Assembly (NCBI RefSeq): GCF_026210795.1
Contig: NC_089429.1
Span: 2,852,001 to 2,916,000 of the forward strand
Length of the DNA: 64,000 nt
Origin: Rhizophagus irregularis
Taxonomy: Eukaryota
Direction of reading: 5' to 3'
In this document: one piece after another, positions 62,950 to 64,000 of the stretch
Layout of the letters: every line of letters begins with the position of its first letter
Numbering within the stretch: position 1 is the stretch's first letter
Program-made: the position numbers and the translations under genes
The notes under the pieces: generated by a model
What the model saw: the letters and a program-made list of their open reading frames with translations, nothing else
The model's database searches: none
What the model was told of the DNA's origin: nothing

Positions 62950-63870
62950 AACTATTCATTCTTCACTTTGTTACTTCTACTTTCACTTCACTTTCACCTC
63001 TATTTCATTCCATTTTGACACTTTTACTTCTATTTATTTTATTTCATTACTTTGTTATTTTTTGTAAATAGTTCTTTTCACATTTTAACAACTTTAAAAC
63101 TTTAGTACCAATATTCTTGTAAATAGTAAATTTATTTTTGGTTTTTTGGAATTGGAACTTAATTTTCTTTAATTAACTATTTTTCTTTTTTTTAGTTAAC
63201 TTTCACTTCTTTTTCAGACTTTATTTTTTTTTTTTCTATCATACTTACTATTTTTTTTATTATCATTTCATTTTCTATTATTTTTTCCCATCACTATTTC
63301 ATTTGTCTTCTATCATTCTTTTTCCATCTTTATTTCTTTCACATTATTTTTTCATTTCTATTTCATACTATATTATTTTTTTATTACAATTTTGTTCTAT
63401 ATCATCATTTTATTCCTTTCATCACCATTTTGTCTTTATCATTTTTTTCTATTCCCATTTGGTTCTATATCATATTTTTATTATCATTTCATTTTATATC
63501 ATTTCTTTAGTCACCAATCATTTTTTTTTATCATAATTTTATTCTATATTGCTTTTTATCATCATTTCATTCCATATATACTATTTTTTTTCATTGCTAT
63601 TTTATCTGAATTGTGTTCTTTTTCCATTACTATTTCGTTTTGTAATTACTTTATTATTATTATTTTATTTTATACCATTCCTTTTATTACCATTTCATTT
63701 TATATCACTTTATTATTTCCTTTTATTACCATTTCATCTTATATCATTTTTTTTCTATCATTATTTCATTCTATATTGCTTTTCTTTATCTTTTTATTTT
63801 ATACTTTCCTTTTCATTGTTAATTTGTTATTTTGTCTTCTATTATTCTTTTTTTATTACCATTTCATTCT
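62950..63870. repeat. T-rich low-complexity tract (similar A-rich tract at ~55690-56070)
   Basis: Degenerate TTTCAT/TTATC repeats with strong strand skew. Confidence 0.7.
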
Positions 63871-64000
63871 ACAGTCAACTTTCGATATATCAAAGTCACC
63901 ATTTAAGACTAAAACTTCAGTATATAGTGATCTTCAGTATATCAAATTTTTTTATATACTGAAATTTATATATTTTTTTAGAAACCTTCGTTATATTAAG

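Noticed and set aside
63303..63962. Phe/Ile/Tyr-rich ORFs
   Set aside because: T-rich low-complexity DNA that lacks stops by composition.

Overview
Very AT-rich, intron-containing eukaryotic DNA. Gene content (tandem BTB proteins, TKL-type kinase, arrestin, CE4 deacetylase, Plavaka/Academ/Harbinger transposons) points to an arbuscular mycorrhizal fungus (Glomeromycota); this is inference. Bases 1-41.5 kb are mostly DNA transposons. The main structure is a nest whose three inner elements can be bounded to the base. An old pogo-like transposase gene is split by a 17.5 kb PIF/Harbinger-class element (22388-39866, 50-bp TIRs, ACT target duplication, intact transposase). That element carries a 9.7 kb CMC/Plavaka element (24569-34264) inserted into its Myb/SANT partner gene and a 4.85 kb Academ-like element (34871-39721). 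The CMC element has internal ~200-bp inverted repeats around its two-gene core, its own small Myb/SANT passenger gene and a 50-bp tandem array. Bases 42-55 kb form a host gene island: arrestin-like, kinase lacking the HRD Asp, acyl-CoA thioesterase, RRM protein, chitin deacetylase, and a TDG/MUG-like glycosylase lacking the catalytic Asn. Many MITEs are scattered through the window. No rRNA, tRNA or CRISPR was seen. All calls were made by eye with no database searches.
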